Position numbers and translations under genes: made by a program. A stretch of 64,000 nt of DNA, taken from contig NC_043016.1 of NCBI RefSeq assembly GCF_006345805.1, forward strand, positions 2,232,001 to 2,296,000. The letters run 5' to 3'. The notes under the pieces are model-generated. The model worked only from the letters and a program-made list of their open reading frames with translations. It was not told the origin of the DNA and did not search any database. How positions within the stretch are numbered: the stretch's first letter is position 1; every line of letters begins with the position of its first letter. Of the stretch, positions 61,100 to 64,000 are shown piece by piece. This DNA is from Octopus sinensis. Lineage: Eukaryota.

Positions 61100-61510
61100 G
61101 ACGGTACTTATTTTATCGACCCCGAAAGGATGAAAGACGAAGTTGACCTCAGCGGAATTTGAACTCAGAATGTAAAGAAGGGAGAGATGTCGCCAAGTAT
61201 TTTGTCCAGCGTGCTAGCAATTCTGCCGACTTGAGGCTCAACAGCAACAACGACGACGATAACAACAACCAAAACAAAATGTTTTTGAATAACAACAACA
61301 ATAATAATAGTTTTAACCTTCAGCACGAGGCCAGCAATTTCAGCGAAAATCGATTACATCGAATCCAATACTCAACTGGTATTTATTTTATCGACCCCAA
61401 AAGGATTAAAGGCAAAGTCGACCCTTGCGGCAATTGAATTCAGAACGTAAGGACGGAAAATCGCCGCTAGGTATTTTTTCCGACGCGTTAACAATTCTGC
61501 CAGCTCACCG
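61100..61510 (-). mobile_element. Two adjacent diverged SINE-B copies (~61100-61230 and ~61345-61510)
   Basis: tttatcgacccc.aaagga..gacc..gcgg.atttgaa.tcagaa homology. Confidence 0.8.
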
Positions 61511-62029
61511 TATTTGACTAGAATGAAATATCAAATGAACGCTGGGTCTGTGAGATTGACAAATAACAGAAGTATGTATAAAAGACTTGCAAATCTGATC
61601 AGGCAGTTCCATCTTCCTGGCAAGTACAGATGGGATCTTCCGAATGTTCCAGTGTGTAGACATGGAAAAAAACCCTCATGGAGTGGTCCAGGTCTTATTC
61701 AGATAGAGAATTTGTTACGCCAGTGGATTCAAATATGTGTATTGTTAAATGGTTGAAACACAGATAACAAATTTGTGATGGGTTTAAATTGGAATTATAC
61801 ATCGGAATCCAGGTACCCTAGAAGCTAAAAATCAGATTAGCAAATTATTTTGGTGGCGACTGATGAGAGTGATCATCTGGTGGAACGTTGTAAAAAGAGA
61901 TTATAACGGAAACGGCAATTAGAATAGCAAAGAATTAAAAGAAGTAACTACAGAGAAAATAGTTTAGAGAGGGAGCTAGTGAGCAAATTAGATAACAAAA
62001 GATATTGCAATTAGAATATTATTTTCTAT

Positions 62030-62179
62030 TATTTGTTTCAGTCATTTGACTGCGGCCATGCTGGAGCATCGCCTTTAATCGAACAAATCGACCCCAGAAC
62101 TTATTCTATGGGTCTCTTTTGCCGAACTGCTCTGTTATCAAGTGATGGTAGGGGCTGGGGACAAACTCAGACACACAAC

Positions 62180-62244
<65 letters not shown>

Positions 62245-62375
62245 CTACGACGGGCTTCTTTCAGTTTCCGTCTACCAATCCACTCACAAGGATTGGTCGG
62301 CCCGAAGCTCCATGCAGTGGGACTGAATCCAGAACCATGTGGTTGATAAGCAAGCTACTTACCACACAGCCACTA
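62030..62375 (-). mobile_element. SINE-A with internal deletions
   Basis: Tail gtttcagtcatttgactgcggccatgctggagc and head agcaagctacttaccacacagccac. Confidence 0.85.
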
Positions 62376-62515
62376 CTGGTCATTGCATATTGCCTTCGTC
62401 CACCATCTCAGCTATTGGTCACAACACTTTGTACGTTTACACTCGTCTCGCAATGTAATTATTGGTCACCACATGCAATAACACCACAACAGTCAGCCAA
62501 TATAACTAGAGGTTA

Positions 62516-62705
62516 AGGTGGTGAGATGCGGAAACTTTAGCATGCCGGCCATTTTGTTCCACTTTACGTTCGGAGTTCAAATTCCGCCAAGGTTGACCTT
62601 GCATTTCATCATTTCGGGAAGGATAAAATATGTAGTAATTGAGTACTGAGGCGGATGTGGTCGATTTAACCACTTTCTCGAAATTGCTAGACTTGTGCCA
62701 AACTT
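62516..62705 (+). mobile_element. Diverged SINE-B
   Basis: aggtggtgag..tacgttcggagttcaaattccgccaaggttgaccttgcatttcatc. Confidence 0.7.
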
Positions 62706-63144
62706 TGAAGTCAAAATAACTAGTGGTCACCGCACATTGGTCACCGTATATACTAATTCTCTACCATCTACCATTGCAGCTAGCATTTATCATTCAATTT
62801 CACTTTTACAGTCTCCCTTAACCACGGTGTCTACAATTGTAGTTACTACAAGCTATGACTCTTCGTTCGTTTGTACCCACTTCTTCGAGTCTATCACCAT
62901 GATGTCTCAGTAAACAGATATTTCACGTGACATAATAAACAAAGCAGTCTCTATATTCGGTTGAAATGACTGCTAGTTGTATTCTCCGTTGGTTTCTTTA
63001 TTTTTGTCCCCAAAACTAGTCAGTTCTTCCTGTTGTTGGAAATAGCTAATCTCCCTCTGCCATTTTCATGCTTTTCCCCTCCTCCGCCCTAAGCCATCTC
63101 TCTTTGTTTTTATCAGTGTATACATGCACGTATAAACAAGTGGG

Positions 63145-63217
<73 letters not shown>

Positions 63218-64000
63218 TATATATACTAAAAACACATCGCAATGTATACGTAAGTACGTACGTATATGTATACGTATAGAAACATGATATATATATATAT
63301 TATATATATATATATGTGTGTGTGTGTGTCTGAGCGCGAATGTGTGTATAACCGACATGTACATATATCTACACATAAAATTTTCAGAAATCTATACATA
63401 AAAAATTACTTAAGAATGTCATTATATATATAACCATGTACACGCGCGCGCACACACACATACACACACAAACGCACGCACACATACACACACACTTATA
63501 TATATATATGTATTCATATGCATATATAGGAGCACATACATACACACATATTCTGAAAAAACTGCTAAGACATGATGAAATGGAAAAGGAGAAGAGGAAA
63601 CCCAAATAATTATTTGTTTGTGTGTGAGTGTAAGTCTGTGTAAGTGTGTGTGTGAGAGCGTATGTATTTATAATAAAAGAAAGAAAACCATGCAAAAGAA
63701 TGTAAAATAATACATATTTGTTTATAATTTTTCCACCATTTTTTCCTCTTTTTAACCGAAAGCTTCATCCGAGGACATAACAAATGTTAAGAATTAAGAC
63801 AAACTTAAGACTTTAGCGAGTTATTGGAAGACTTGAGAGTAGGAATTATTTGTCTATACAATCTAATTAATTATAACAGTTAATGAAATTCTGAGATTTT
63901 TTCTTTAATTACTGCTTAGAAAGAATGCACAATAGCCGCAGGAATAACAACGAGAATAAGAAGTTCTCTTCAAATTTCTATAGTTTCTGGTTCAATTGCG

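Overview
AT-rich, microsatellite-dense eukaryotic non-coding DNA. The repeat families look like those of an octopod cephalopod (Octopus); this is inferred from recalled SINE and LINE sequences, not from a database search. I find no recognisable host protein-coding exon, rRNA, intact tRNA or CRISPR array. The window is a nest of mobile elements: R4/Dong LINEs stacked in (TAA)n, a near-complete 5.4-kb Tx1/L1-clade LINE, CR1-type LINEs, Penelope-like remnants and repeats carrying hammerhead-ribozyme (HHR) motifs, two tRNA-derived SINE families (called SINE-A and SINE-B here), mariner/Tc1/maT transposons, non-autonomous Helitrons and MITEs. Main leads: (1) the Tx1 LINE sits inside the tRNA-like head of a SINE-A with a 16-17 bp target-site duplication (TSD); (2) the last ~55 nt of that Tx1 match the 3' tail of SINE-B, suggesting a Tx1-SINE partnership, and one SINE-B copy is also inserted in a tRNA-like head; (3) about nine type I HHR-like motifs occur in non-coding repeats, including a near-perfect one, a tandem pair with a shared core variant, and an inverted pair forming a ~157-bp hairpin beside a 2.2-kb tandem/inverted array. 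Most element boundaries are approximate, except where TSDs or terminal inverted repeats (TIRs) are quoted.
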